Shown here: piece after piece, positions 25,423-35,165 of the stretch
Numbering within the stretch: the stretch's first letter is position 1
Layout of the letters: each line of letters starts with the position of its first letter
IMG/VR virus record: IMGVR_UViG_3300027668_000008
Span: 124,001-188,000 of that record
Strand: one strand, 5' to 3'
Length of the DNA: 64,000 nt
Notes under the pieces: model-generated
What the model was told of the DNA's origin: nothing
The model's database searches: none
What the model saw: only the letters and a program-made list of their open reading frames with translations
Position numbers and translations under genes: made by a program

Positions 25423-25566
25423 TTATTTTCCTTGTCCTCGGTATTTTTTGTAACTTCGTTTTTTACTTTTGTTCATAGAACTAAACTTTGTTCTAGAGTG
25501 GTTGTTCCCAATACTTGTTTTTTTTGGGCTTGTGACATGACCTTCATGTCCTTTATGTAATTTCAT
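25423..25566 (-). CDS. 47-aa highly basic peptide, not in the ORF track
   Basis: MKLHKGHEGHVTSPKKTSIGNNHSRTKFSSMNKSKKRSYKKYRGQGK. Confidence 0.7.
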   Translation of the reverse strand: MKLHKGHEGHVTSPKKTSIGNNHSRTKFSSMNKSKKRSYKKYRGQGK

Positions 25567-25590
25567 AAAACCTTTGGGTTAATGGGTTAA

Positions 25591-26265
25591 TTATATACTA
25601 ATATTTAGTTGTTTAAGTCTAGGGTTGACTACTAGTTCAGCCCAGTCTTTATGTGCTTGTTCGCCTGGGTGATCTGCTATCCATTCATAATTGTAATCAT
25701 CTGTAAACTGCCAAAGTCCGCTTTTTTCTTCATGAAACATCCAATTATTCCAATTTACTTGATTCCATAATTGTTCTATATAATGTTTCTCATCATTTGT
25801 TTTTAGTTTTTCAAAAAATGAATTATCACGTTTATTCATATCCCAATCTGCGTAAACCATATCTCCCATATGGGAGAACAAAACAGGAATATTATTTACT
25901 TTACAAGTATTTTGTATTAATAATATATATTCTAATGTTTTTGCAAATTGATTGAAATCTGTATAAAAGTATTTTAAGTAATTTTCTTTAGGGCCTGTAT
26001 AACTAGCACCTTCTGATTTGTATGCATTATATTCAGGCATATACCAATCATAACGTTCAATAGTACTCCACATAATAACTACTGCTTCAGTACTACTATC
26101 AATGTTGTCTAACACTCTACGAGCAATTAATCTGTTACCTGCTCCACCTATTGCTACATTTTTAGAATTTGGGATAAAGTTGGGCCAGTGTTTATAATCG
26201 ACATCATTATTATTGACGTCTTTGTGTGATCCGATTGTAAAACTACAACCACTACATAATATCAT
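25591..26265 (-). CDS. SGNH/GDSL-like hydrolase-fold protein
   Basis: GCSFT, NVAIGGAGN, C-terminal DHPGEQAH. Confidence 0.65.
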   Translation of the reverse strand: MILCSGCSFTIGSHKDVNNNDVDYKHWPNFIPNSKNVAIGGAGNRLIARRVLDNIDSSTEAVVIMWSTIERYDWYMPEYNAYKSEGASYTGPKENYLKYFYTDFNQFAKTLEYILLIQNTCKVNNIPVLFSHMGDMVYADWDMNKRDNSFFEKLKTNDEKHYIEQLWNQVNWNNWMFHEEKSGLWQFTDDYNYEWIADHPGEQAHKDWAELVVNPRLKQLNISI

Positions 26266-26310
26266 TGAATACCTCTTATTGTAATATACTTATCTTATCT
26301 TATTTTAACC

Positions 26311-26340
26311 AAAAAAAATCCCCAGGCAGAGTGGGGATTT
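26311..26340 (-). terminator. Rho-independent terminator downstream of tmRNA
   Basis: AAATCCCCA-CTCTGCC-TGGGGATTT followed by a T tract. Confidence 0.85.
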
Positions 26341-26479
26341 AAAATTACTTGGTACTTTTTATATATCTGTATATAGTTCGTCACGTTCACTGAAACGTGT
26401 GCAATTAGAAAGTGTATTTCCATGTTACCAGTGTATGCTTGTAACAATCCTTTGTCACTAATGTTTCTAACTTTGGTAT

Positions 26480-26745
26480 ATGCAACGATTTCTGTTGCTA
26501 GGTACGTTGCCAACCCCCACGTGCTTATTTTACTAAGCCGCTAATGCCATTTCTGGCTGATAATTGTTATTTGCAATTATAAAGTTTCTTCGCGATAACG
26601 GTGCTTAGATCCCGAGAACTCCACTAACTCTAGTAATTACCTGTCGATCCTATTCATCCCCATATGAAAAATCTGTTGTATTTGGTGGAGATGCCGGGAT
26701 TCGCACCCGGGTCCAGTTTAACTTTTGAATTGCTTCAACGTTCTA
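26480..26745 (-). ncRNA. ssrA: Circularly permuted two-piece tmRNA (alphaproteobacterial type), tag ANNNYQPEMALAA
   Basis: Acceptor piece ends with T-arm and CATCTCCACCA at 26683; 21-nt spacer; coding piece starts GGGGATGAATAGGATCGAC at 26661 (G3:U70); tag ORF 26574-26533; CCTAGCAACAGAA near the 3' end. Confidence 0.93.
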
Positions 26746-26749
26746 AGTA

Positions 26750-26780
26750 TATTTATACACTATTCACTTGACTTTGTCAA
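26750..26780 (-). promoter_or_regulatory. Hybrid sigma70 / late promoter of tmRNA
   Basis: TTGACA-N17-TATAAA, where the -10 is part of TATAAATA. Confidence 0.8.
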
Positions 26781-26865
26781 CCAAATAATATACAAATAAA
26801 GTACTAATATTAAAAATAAAAGATAAGTATTCTATAAAAGCAAAATACATCAACTAAAGGTAATT

Positions 26866-27114
26866 ATGAAGAAATTAAGAACTTACACGTTTATTGACGG
26901 AGAAGACACAAAAACAATCGAAGCCCTATCTTATAGGAAAGCAGTAAGATCATTCCAAGGTGGATCAGAAAGCAAAGTTGTTAGAGTAGAATGGGAAGCC
27001 AAAAAAGGCGGTGAATACGAAAAGATCCAAACATTACCCTTAGGTAGAAAAATAAGACAAGCGGCAATAATACAAGCGAAAAAAGATATTGCCAAAGCAA
27101 AGATCGGAAAATAA
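26866..27114 (+). CDS. Small basic hypothetical protein
   Basis: 82-aa ORF below a TAAGTA box. Confidence 0.75.
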   Translation: MKKLRTYTFIDGEDTKTIEALSYRKAVRSFQGGSESKVVRVEWEAKKGGEYEKIQTLPLGRKIRQAAIIQAKKDIAKAKIGK

Positions 27115-27140
27115 ACGTGAGTGTAAATCATAACCCAATA

Positions 27141-27272
27141 ATGAAACAACTAGTAAAACTAATTGTGAAACTTCGTATGTCCTATGCAGATATCAGAGGA
27201 CACCACGGTAAAAAGTGGAACTATGAACCAAGTAAGAATTACATGGGCATGGCTAAACGAAGAGTCAAGTAA
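27141..27272 (+). CDS. 43-aa basic peptide, not in the ORF track
   Basis: MKQLVKLIVKLRMSYADIRGHHGKKWNYEPSKNYMGMAKRRVK. Confidence 0.6.
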   Translation: MKQLVKLIVKLRMSYADIRGHHGKKWNYEPSKNYMGMAKRRVK

Positions 27273-27279
27273 GGAATAA

Positions 27280-27474
27280 ATGGCTGGAGTCAAAGCAAGA
27301 GGCATTATCTCTGTTAATAACAAGAGAATGCGAGAAAACGCAAACGGCGAGTTAACTGAAGTAAGACCTGTAAAATATTACGGTGCAGGTTCAAATGGTA
27401 GAATGTGTGGTAGCATCGATGGTGAAATGATCGTAGATGACAATGGAAGACCCATACCTTTAAGCCAGTGTTAG
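27280..27474 (+). CDS. Small hypothetical protein
   Basis: 64 aa with AAGGA RBS. Confidence 0.75.
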   Translation: MAGVKARGIISVNNKRMRENANGELTEVRPVKYYGAGSNGRMCGSIDGEMIVDDNGRPIPLSQC

Positions 27475-27478
27475 ATTT

Positions 27479-27880
27479 ATGGAACATCTTGTACATAAAC
27501 ATATTATCATCAGAGCTGATGTAATAAATCCACCGTTAGATGCTACAAGTACATCTGACAGTGTAAAAGAATTAATTCAACAAATAGGTATGAAAATACT
27601 TATGGGACCTTACGCAACATATTGCGATATGCCAGGTAACAGAGGTCTTACAGTTGCAACAATAATAGAAACTTCACATATAGTATTACATTCATGGGAC
27701 GAATCAAGTCCTGCTAATCTACAATTAGATGTTTATACTTGCGGTGAGTTTAATCCCCAAATAGTATTCGATTGGTTAAAACAATTTAACCCTGTCAGAG
27801 TAGACTACAAATACTTAGACAGAGAACACGGTTTAACCGAAATAGATATACACCCCTCAACAGTAAATATAGCAGTTTAA
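27479..27880 (+). CDS. speD: Pyruvoyl-dependent S-adenosylmethionine decarboxylase family protein
   Basis: HKHIII, GLTVATIIETSHIVLHSWDE, QLDVYTCG. Confidence 0.85.
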   Translation: MEHLVHKHIIIRADVINPPLDATSTSDSVKELIQQIGMKILMGPYATYCDMPGNRGLTVATIIETSHIVLHSWDESSPANLQLDVYTCGEFNPQIVFDWLKQFNPVRVDYKYLDREHGLTEIDIHPSTVNIAV

Positions 27881-27889
27881 TTCAGTCAT

Positions 27890-27925
27890 AAAAAAAGGCC
27901 CTTTGCTATTATGCATTGGGCCTTT
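27890..27925. terminator. Bidirectional terminator between convergent genes
   Basis: AAAGGCCC/GGGCCTTT inverted repeat with A/T flanks. Confidence 0.75.
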
Positions 27926-27950
27926 AAATTTACTTAATTATTTAAAATAA

Positions 27951-28208
27951 TTATGCAGATACTCTACGTCTTGGAATAGAGTAAGTTGCCGCTGGTCTTC
28001 CAACAGATCCTGAATCAGATTTTGTTGCTTTTACGTTAAAGCCTGCATCTCTTAATTCAGTTAGTCTAGCACCCGGAGATGCGATACCTAGGTCTGATCT
28101 TAGGTCATCAGCAGTAAACGTTGAACCGTTACCCCAATAGTTTGCTAGAATTGTTTGATTTTGAGTTCCTTCTTTGAAGAACTTTGTTCCTATTGCTTTA
28201 GTCATCAT
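27951..28208 (-). CDS. Small winged-HTH DNA-binding protein
   Basis: TFTADDLRSDLGIASPGARLTELRDAGFNV; both sigma70 (28255-28283) and TATAAATA (28222-28229) upstream. Confidence 0.7.
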   Translation of the reverse strand: MMTKAIGTKFFKEGTQNQTILANYWGNGSTFTADDLRSDLGIASPGARLTELRDAGFNVKATKSDSGSVGRPAATYSIPRRRVSA

Positions 28209-28313
28209 ATGTTTCCTTTTCTATTTATAAATGTTAATGTTAACTAACTTCTATAATATAACAGATTGCGAGGTAAATGTCAACCTTTTATTTTACCTAT
28301 ATAAACTGCGAGT

Positions 28314-28637
28314 TTAAGTGATGATTTTAGGTGCACCTGGGGAAATAATCTTAGATGTTAACTGTTTAACTACAGTATGATATCCGTCAACCATTTCTTT
28401 CTTAGGTTCACCAGTCATTGTGATTGCACTTTTGTATATATTAATAGGTACATTTTCCCAATCAACACTAATAAACATAGGTGCCATTGCAGGGCCAGTT
28501 TTTTGCATAAGAAATGCAAATGGCTTTTCTACTACATAATGAGCGATATGCTCTTCTTTTACTTCAGTAATTACTTCTTCGCCTGTAACTAACTTGAATG
28601 TTAGTACTACGTCTTTTAGCCCTTTTTCTAATAACAT
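28314..28637 (-). CDS. Conserved phage protein, Sm-like beta fold likely
   Basis: TFKLVTGEEVI motif. Confidence 0.55.
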   Translation of the reverse strand: MLLEKGLKDVVLTFKLVTGEEVITEVKEEHIAHYVVEKPFAFLMQKTGPAMAPMFISVDWENVPINIYKSAITMTGEPKKEMVDGYHTVVKQLTSKIISPGAPKIIT

Positions 28638-28640
28638 ATT

Positions 28641-28898
28641 CTATCCTATTTTTGATCCACCTGTGCCATTATAGCCAGTGTTTTCGATGTATTCTAATAA
28701 TTGGTCGTATCCGCCGATTTTGTCTTTATATACTTTAATCTGCGGAAATGTTCTTGCTCCCGGAAACTCTTCCATTACATCTTCTCTTTGAAAGTCTGTT
28801 CCCAACTGTTTGTATACAAACTCGTATCCACGTTGCTCACATAATGCTTTTGCTTTTGTGCAACTTGGACAAGCAGGTTTGCCCCATATTTCTATCAT
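28641..28898 (-). CDS. nrdC: Glutaredoxin (NrdC-like)
   Basis: CPSC, ARTFPQI, IGGYDQL; follows nrdB. Confidence 0.93.
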   Translation of the reverse strand: MIEIWGKPACPSCTKAKALCEQRGYEFVYKQLGTDFQREDVMEEFPGARTFPQIKVYKDKIGGYDQLLEYIENTGYNGTGGSKIG

Positions 28899-30013
28899 AA
28901 ACTAAATCCCTTAAATGTATCTGTGTCAACGTCTTGTTTAGTACCGCCGGTTACATAAGAACTAATCTCTGTTTCTTGTGGTGCTACTTGTACTTCTGCT
29001 CCACTAATCCAATTTTGTGTCCAAGGTAACGGGTTACTTCCACCTTTATAAGGACTAGTCAATCCAACTGCTAACATACGTTTATGTGCAGTCCATTCAA
29101 CATAGTCTTTTAGTAATTGTGCATTAAGACCAATCATACTGCCATCTTTAAACAAATACTCGGCCCATGCACTTTCTTGTTCAACTGCTTCAACAAACAT
29201 CTTTTCACACTCTTCTTTTGTTTCTTCTGCAATCTTAATAAAGTCTTTATCATCTTTTGGAAGGATCTTTAACAATGCTTGTGTACTTGCCAAGTGTACG
29301 TTTTCATCACGGCAAATAAATTTGATAATTTTTGCATTGCCTTCCATTTTTTTAAGTTCTGCAAATGCCCAACTACAGGCAAAAGAAACATAAAAACGAA
29401 TTCCTTCTAATATGTTAACACTGTTAATTGCTAACCATAATTTTTTCTTTAGTTCATATAAGTCTACTTCAACTTTTTTACCATTAACTGTATGTGTTCC
29501 TTCACCCATTAGTTGGTATGCTAAACTTAACTGAATAAGATCATCATAGTTCTTACTAATGTCATCAGCACAATCTGTAATTTCTGAAATGTCCATCATC
29601 TCGTCAAAGATTTTACTTGGATCGCTATAGATATTACGGATAATATGTGTATAACTACGTGAGTGAATTGTTTCACTAAATGTCCAAGTTTGAACCCATG
29701 CTTCTAATTCAGGGATACTAATTAACGGACCAAATGCTTCAGTAGGTGCTCTACCTTGTACACTGTCTAGCAAGATTTGTCTTTTAAGATTACTTGTAAA
29801 GATGTGTTGTTCATGTGGTGTCAAATCTTTAAAATCTTTACTATCTTTACCAATGTCAACTTCTTCAGGTCTCCAAAAGAATCCTAGTTGTTTATCTGTA
29901 AACTTGTCAAATTGTCTATACTTAACGGCATCATACCTTTGTATATTAACACCGCCGTCTAAGAAGGCTTTGCTTTCAAGGTGATTTCGTTTCTCATTAC
30001 TGAATACTGTCAT
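28895..30013 (-). CDS. nrdB: Class Ia ribonucleotide reductase beta subunit
   Basis: FFWRPEEVD, ILLDSVQGR, ETIHSRSY, LEGIRFYVSF, RDENVH, VAPQETEISSY. Confidence 0.97.
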   Translation of the reverse strand: MTVFSNEKRNHLESKAFLDGGVNIQRYDAVKYRQFDKFTDKQLGFFWRPEEVDIGKDSKDFKDLTPHEQHIFTSNLKRQILLDSVQGRAPTEAFGPLISIPELEAWVQTWTFSETIHSRSYTHIIRNIYSDPSKIFDEMMDISEITDCADDISKNYDDLIQLSLAYQLMGEGTHTVNGKKVEVDLYELKKKLWLAINSVNILEGIRFYVSFACSWAFAELKKMEGNAKIIKFICRDENVHLASTQALLKILPKDDKDFIKIAEETKEECEKMFVEAVEQESAWAEYLFKDGSMIGLNAQLLKDYVEWTAHKRMLAVGLTSPYKGGSNPLPWTQNWISGAEVQVAPQETEISSYVTGGTKQDVDTDTFKGFSL

Positions 30014-30037
30014 TTTATTTTATCTCTCCGTATCTAT

Positions 30038-32356
30038 CTATATTGTGCAGGCTTCACAATAATCATCATACTCAGCATCGGTTTTAAATTCATCTCTGCC
30101 TAATAATTCTGCCTTATTAATGTTAAACTTATCAACATCAATTTCACCTTGTCCGTCATATGTATTAAAGTAGTAAAGTTGTTTACCACCATACTTATAG
30201 AACATAATTAAATGTTGTAACATCACACTCATTGGAATCTTTTCATCTTCGTAGTGTGTTGGATTATAACTGGTATTAACACTAATACCTTGATCAATAT
30301 ATTTTTGCATCACTGCCATAATCTTCAGATAACCCTCTGGAGATTTTTGATCCCATAACATTTCATACTTATTTTTAAGTCTTCGATATTCTGGTACAAC
30401 TTGCTTTAAAATACCATCTTTGCTTTGTTTAACACTTACAAATGCACGTGGTGGTTCAATTCCGTTGGTACTGTTACTTATCTGTGCTGACGTTTCTGCA
30501 GGCATAAGTGCCATCAAAGTACTGTTTCTGATACCTGTTTTTTGCAGTTGTTTACGCAAACTAGTCCATGCCATACGTTCTTTGTGTGGCACTAACTCGT
30601 CTACATCAGTCTTATATGTCATATTAGGCGTAATACCTGCACCATACTTTGTTTCGTCTATTCCTGGACAAGCACCTTGCTCTACTGCCAAATCCGCACT
30701 TGCTTTAATTAAGTAGTAACTCCATGCTTCTGCATATCTGTCAACTAACTCTAAGTTTGGATTTGTGTAAGTCATGTCATGTTTAGCCATCCAATATGCT
30801 AAATTAATAATACCAATACCTAAAGGACGTCTTTTGTTTGTGCTATTCTCTGCCGCTTTTACAGGATAATGTTGATACGTTAGTAACGCATCTAATCCAC
30901 GCACTGCAAGTCTGCATACACGTTCAAAGTCTGCAATGTCTTTAATGTTTCCCCAGTTGACTGCACTTAATGTACACAATGCAATTTCACCTTCTTCGTC
31001 ATTAAAGTCGTTAAGAGGTTTAGTTGGTAAGTTAATCTCACAACATAAATTACTTTGTTTAATTGGTGCTTTACTGGCAATGAATGAACTGTGGTCGTTT
31101 GCATGGTCTACATTCATTAAATAAATTCTACCTGTGTTTTTACGTTCTTCCATAAACGCACTAAACAAGTCACTAGCACGGATACTTTTCTTTCGAATTT
31201 TTGTATTACGTTCTGCACGTTCATAAAGTTCTTTAAACTTATCTTGATCTTTAAAAAATGATTCGTATAATCCAGGTACATCTTGAGGCGAGAAAAGAGT
31301 TATGTTGTCGTTTGTAAGTAAACGTTCATACATTAATTTGTTAAACTGAACTCCATAATCCATGTGCCTAACTCGATTTTCTTCTGTGCCTTTGTTATTT
31401 TTTAGCACAAGCATATCTTCAATTTCTAAATGCCATAAAGGATAATACAATGTTGCCGCTCCATTACGCACACCTCCTTGTGAACAAGAACGTGTTGCCG
31501 CTTGGAACATTTTATAAAAAGGTATAACACCTGTATGGTATGCGTCACCGTTACGAATAGGACTACCTAATGCACGAATACTTCCTGCACCAATACCAAT
31601 ACCTGCCTTTTGTGAAACATACTTAACAATAGCACTTGTTGTTGCATTAATACTGTCTAAACTATCGCCTGTTTCTACTAGTACACAACTACTAAACTGT
31701 CGTTGTGGAGTTCTAACTCCTGCCATTACTGGCGTAGGTAAACTAATGTCGAAAGTACTTGTAGCATCATAATACTCTTTAACATATTGCATTCTTGTTT
31801 CTTTTGGGTAGTTACTAAACAGTGTTGCCGCAATTAACATATATGCTACTTGTGGTGTTTCATATATTACTTTTGTTACACGATTTTGTACAAGATACTT
31901 ACCACGCCATTGTTCCATAGCCGCATAAGTCATGCTCTCGTCACGGTCGTGTTTTATGTATTTGTCAAAGTCATTAAATTCTTCTTCTGAATAAAGTTCT
32001 AAAATTTCTGCATCATAAAATCCTAGTTCAATATTCTTCTTTACAATATCTAAAATGTGTTTGGGTTTAAACGAATCATAAACCATTTTACGCAAATGGT
32101 AGTTAATAAGTCTACCTGCTACCCATTGATAATTAGGAGTGTCTTCGCTGATTAAATCAGCCGCACTCTTTATCATTGTTTCTTGTATTTCTGTTGAAGT
32201 GATTCCTGTATAAAAGGAAAGGTGGGATTTAATTTCTACTTCACTTGCACTTACACCTGTTATATTCTCACACGCATAAAATACTACTTTATGCATTTTT
32301 TCTAGGTCTAAGTCTTCTTTTGTTCCGTCTCTTTTCGTTACTTGAATTTGTGTCAT
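30038..32356 (-). CDS. nrdA: Class Ia ribonucleotide reductase alpha subunit with ATP cone
   Basis: VTKRDG ATP cone, QFSSCVL, SNLCCEI, ALMPAETSAQI, C-terminal CEAC. Confidence 0.98.
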   Translation of the reverse strand: MTQIQVTKRDGTKEDLDLEKMHKVVFYACENITGVSASEVEIKSHLSFYTGITSTEIQETMIKSAADLISEDTPNYQWVAGRLINYHLRKMVYDSFKPKHILDIVKKNIELGFYDAEILELYSEEEFNDFDKYIKHDRDESMTYAAMEQWRGKYLVQNRVTKVIYETPQVAYMLIAATLFSNYPKETRMQYVKEYYDATSTFDISLPTPVMAGVRTPQRQFSSCVLVETGDSLDSINATTSAIVKYVSQKAGIGIGAGSIRALGSPIRNGDAYHTGVIPFYKMFQAATRSCSQGGVRNGAATLYYPLWHLEIEDMLVLKNNKGTEENRVRHMDYGVQFNKLMYERLLTNDNITLFSPQDVPGLYESFFKDQDKFKELYERAERNTKIRKKSIRASDLFSAFMEERKNTGRIYLMNVDHANDHSSFIASKAPIKQSNLCCEINLPTKPLNDFNDEEGEIALCTLSAVNWGNIKDIADFERVCRLAVRGLDALLTYQHYPVKAAENSTNKRRPLGIGIINLAYWMAKHDMTYTNPNLELVDRYAEAWSYYLIKASADLAVEQGACPGIDETKYGAGITPNMTYKTDVDELVPHKERMAWTSLRKQLQKTGIRNSTLMALMPAETSAQISNSTNGIEPPRAFVSVKQSKDGILKQVVPEYRRLKNKYEMLWDQKSPEGYLKIMAVMQKYIDQGISVNTSYNPTHYEDEKIPMSVMLQHLIMFYKYGGKQLYYFNTYDGQGEIDVDKFNINKAELLGRDEFKTDAEYDDYCEACTI

Positions 32357-32375
32357 TTGATGCCTTGCTATTGTA

Positions 32376-32816
32376 TTATAGATACTTCTGTGCCTTTAGA
32401 TCCTCTACTGTGAAGACCTTCTGGATTGATAAATCTTGTGGTATCGATGTTGTATTTACTACTTGTCGATACACTATATTAAGAGCATATTTTGTTATAT
32501 GCACTGCGTTAACGAATTTGTTTTCACTCTTATATATTACTACACTTATAGTACTATTGTCAAGTATTTCCGACAAATAAATTGTATAAAAGATCCCTAG
32601 TGCTATTGCTACGTCACAATAGTGATTGTCGTTAAGTAATGTCCACGGATCTGGCCATTCTTCACAACGTGTCCAATCTAAGTAACCGTTGGTTGTAGGA
32701 GCCTTGCCCCATAAATCAACTACGGCTTGTAGAGCTTCTTCTTCAGGTAAACTCTTTAGGTCGGCACGAAATTGCCTCCAGAAATGTAGCCTGTCTTCGG
32801 GTTTTAAATCAAACAT
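32376..32816 (-). CDS. Hypothetical protein, transglutaminase-like (BTLCP) fold candidate
   Basis: WPDPWTLLNDNHYCDVAIALGIFYT resembles the W-x-T-P-x-E..G-D-C-E-D motif. Confidence 0.45.
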   Translation of the reverse strand: MFDLKPEDRLHFWRQFRADLKSLPEEEALQAVVDLWGKAPTTNGYLDWTRCEEWPDPWTLLNDNHYCDVAIALGIFYTIYLSEILDNSTISVVIYKSENKFVNAVHITKYALNIVYRQVVNTTSIPQDLSIQKVFTVEDLKAQKYL

Positions 32817-32822
32817 TCTTAA

Positions 32823-34388
32823 TTAAGAAAAATTAGTTATACGATATTTAAGTGTTGCGTCTGCACCTGTTGATGTTGTTGTGTACTGAACAGTACCATC
32901 AGAGGCTAATAGTGTTAATCCTGCACCTACGTCTGCATTTTCAGTGAAGGCTTGTTCAAAAGTATAACCAGCAGTATTACTACCAGCAACTTTCATAACA
33001 CCCATTCGTCTTGCATTACCACGTTCAATAACAAAGTCTATTTCTGCATTAATTAAAACACTTGAATCAAAGTCAATTGCAGTGCTCGTTACTGAAGTAG
33101 TGTTATCAACTAATGTAAAACTTTTTCCTGGCTCTTGAGTATGTAAACCATAAGTTAGTTTATCACCTGCAATTAAACCAAATACTGCTTTACCATTATT
33201 TTGTAGGTTTGGGTGTGTTGCCTGTTGTGATACAGTTCTGTCGAACCCATCACCGAGGCTAATATTGTTGTCTGCATCAAAGTCAATAATTGGACAAGTA
33301 GGTGTTCCACCACTAGCAATGTTTGCCACGCCACAAGTTGTAAATGTATTAAACGAACTCGTAAACTCTTGTACTGTTACAGTTTTGATTGCTTCTTTGT
33401 ATATAAGTTCAAACAAAGAATTTGTTACTTTAACACCACGTGGGCCTGATCCTGATCCAACTGCTGAAAGTAAAATACCTGCAAAGTTATCGTGTATGTA
33501 ACAATTATTTAATATTACATTTGTAGCATCGTTATTACTATATAATCCAACATCTAATTTTGCAAAGTCACAGTTTTCAAATTTAACATTTTTAGTATCT
33601 GTTGAAGCAGTTTGTGTAATAATTACACCTGCTTTACCGTTGCTTAATGATGATGGATTAGTAACGTGTCTTCCTTTAAATCTAACGTTAGTAAACGTTA
33701 CCATGTTTGCTTGGTCAACTAAAAAGTTGTGATCATCTTGTGTATGATAAAATTGTATATTCGAAATGTTTATGTTTTTAGGTTTTAATGCTCCACCTAT
33801 TCCAACATTGGCTCCTACTTGTTGCTTACTATCAGAAGTTTCGCCAACATATCCTGAAACAGATGTTCTTTTAAGTATAGTAGCACCTGGACCGTCACCA
33901 ACAATGTTTGCATTCCTAGGAAACTTAATTGAATCAGATACAAGATACACGCCTGCAGGAAAGTAAACTGTTTTTAATGTTTCTTTGTTTGTTGCTTCAC
34001 GTGAATAAATTTGATTTAACATAAAGTTAATTTTAGCAGTATGATCCGTGACACCGTCTCCTTCAATGCCAAAATCTTTAGCATTAATGAAGTCATCTAA
34101 TTTGTTTTGGAGAGAACGTTGTATACTAGCACCACTTGATGTAGTTTGTGCAGTATATCCTACTTCAGCGCCTTTATATGTATAACTGTTAATACTTCCT
34201 AATATATCACTATATTGTGTTAATATTTCTGTATTACCAATAGCCGGTGCACCCTCTGATGTGGTTCCGTTACCAATGTATAATTTACGTTCGTCAATCA
34301 CCCAGCCAATTTCTGCACTTGACAGTTGTGGCAAGTCAGCGTTCAGACCCCTGCGATGTTGAATTTTTGATATTTGAATTACTGCCAT
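32823..34388 (-). CDS. Virion fibre/spike protein with pectate-lyase-like beta-helix
   Basis: N-terminal QHRRG..LPQLSSAEIGW..LYIGNG; AKDFGIEGDGVTDHT, VYFPAGVY; TATAAATA at 34406-34413. Confidence 0.8.
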   Translation of the reverse strand: MAVIQISKIQHRRGLNADLPQLSSAEIGWVIDERKLYIGNGTTSEGAPAIGNTEILTQYSDILGSINSYTYKGAEVGYTAQTTSSGASIQRSLQNKLDDFINAKDFGIEGDGVTDHTAKINFMLNQIYSREATNKETLKTVYFPAGVYLVSDSIKFPRNANIVGDGPGATILKRTSVSGYVGETSDSKQQVGANVGIGGALKPKNINISNIQFYHTQDDHNFLVDQANMVTFTNVRFKGRHVTNPSSLSNGKAGVIITQTASTDTKNVKFENCDFAKLDVGLYSNNDATNVILNNCYIHDNFAGILLSAVGSGSGPRGVKVTNSLFELIYKEAIKTVTVQEFTSSFNTFTTCGVANIASGGTPTCPIIDFDADNNISLGDGFDRTVSQQATHPNLQNNGKAVFGLIAGDKLTYGLHTQEPGKSFTLVDNTTSVTSTAIDFDSSVLINAEIDFVIERGNARRMGVMKVAGSNTAGYTFEQAFTENADVGAGLTLLASDGTVQYTTTSTGADATLKYRITNFS

Positions 34389-34415
34389 ATTCGTCTCCTA
34401 TAACGTATTTATACT

Positions 34416-35099
34416 CTAAAAATGATTTGTATAAAAGTCTTCTACTCTTTTCCACCATTCTTTAACAGTTTTATCCCACTCGTCACCTTCAAGTACCCAA
34501 TACTGGTATTCATAGTCTTTACTACACATTAAAATAGCACCTTGATGTATATCAGTACCGTGTATTTCGTTGTGAGCAGTGGCATAGGCTGTTAACTGTA
34601 AGAAGTAATCACCTACCCATTCGGTCTTTTTAGGTTTATTAGTTTGCTTGAAATCTATAATAGAGGGTTTACCGTCATACAATCCAACACAGTCCGTTGT
34701 ACCAGCATAGATACTTGGGAAATACAACGGAACTTCTGTTCCCCATATTTCGCTTACATGAGACATACCTTTTTCAATAACAATCTCAGCCATTTTATGA
34801 CTTTGTTGGCTGAATGGGTTACTGCCTGGTGCTTTAATTTTATCTTCTATGCAATAGTCTTCTAACCATTTATGCATACGAGTTCCACGTCCAGATGCTT
34901 CAGTTACAATTTCTTGTGCCTTTGCTTCACCTACACGTTTTTTCCAGTTACGAAGTATCTGTTTTTTCTCTTCTGATTTTGTTTTGTCAAGGATTGTTGT
35001 AACACTTGGAACGGCTACACCTGATGGTGTTGTGTATAATCTTTTGCCGTCTACTTGTTTACGTTTGATTGGTGTATAATCGTACCGTTCAGTTATCAT
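34416..35099 (-). CDS. PD-(D/E)XK exonuclease (Cas4/MGME1-like)
   Basis: VPSVTTIL, RGTRMH, YAGTTDCVG, IIDFKQT, QLTAYA; sigma70 promoter at 35133-35162. Confidence 0.9.
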   Translation of the reverse strand: MITERYDYTPIKRKQVDGKRLYTTPSGVAVPSVTTILDKTKSEEKKQILRNWKKRVGEAKAQEIVTEASGRGTRMHKWLEDYCIEDKIKAPGSNPFSQQSHKMAEIVIEKGMSHVSEIWGTEVPLYFPSIYAGTTDCVGLYDGKPSIIDFKQTNKPKKTEWVGDYFLQLTAYATAHNEIHGTDIHQGAILMCSKDYEYQYWVLEGDEWDKTVKEWWKRVEDFYTNHF

Positions 35100-35165
35100 G
35101 AATAATTCTCTTATTGATTATGTATAACTTTAATTATACAGTAGTATTGCCTACAATGTCAAGTA

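Noticed and set aside
26295-26513. 72-aa minus-strand ORF
   Set aside because: Starts inside tmRNA and reads through the terminator hairpin
28895-32356. Introns, inteins or homing endonucleases in nrdA/nrdB (also helicase and uvsX)
   Set aside because: All are uninterrupted and of normal length
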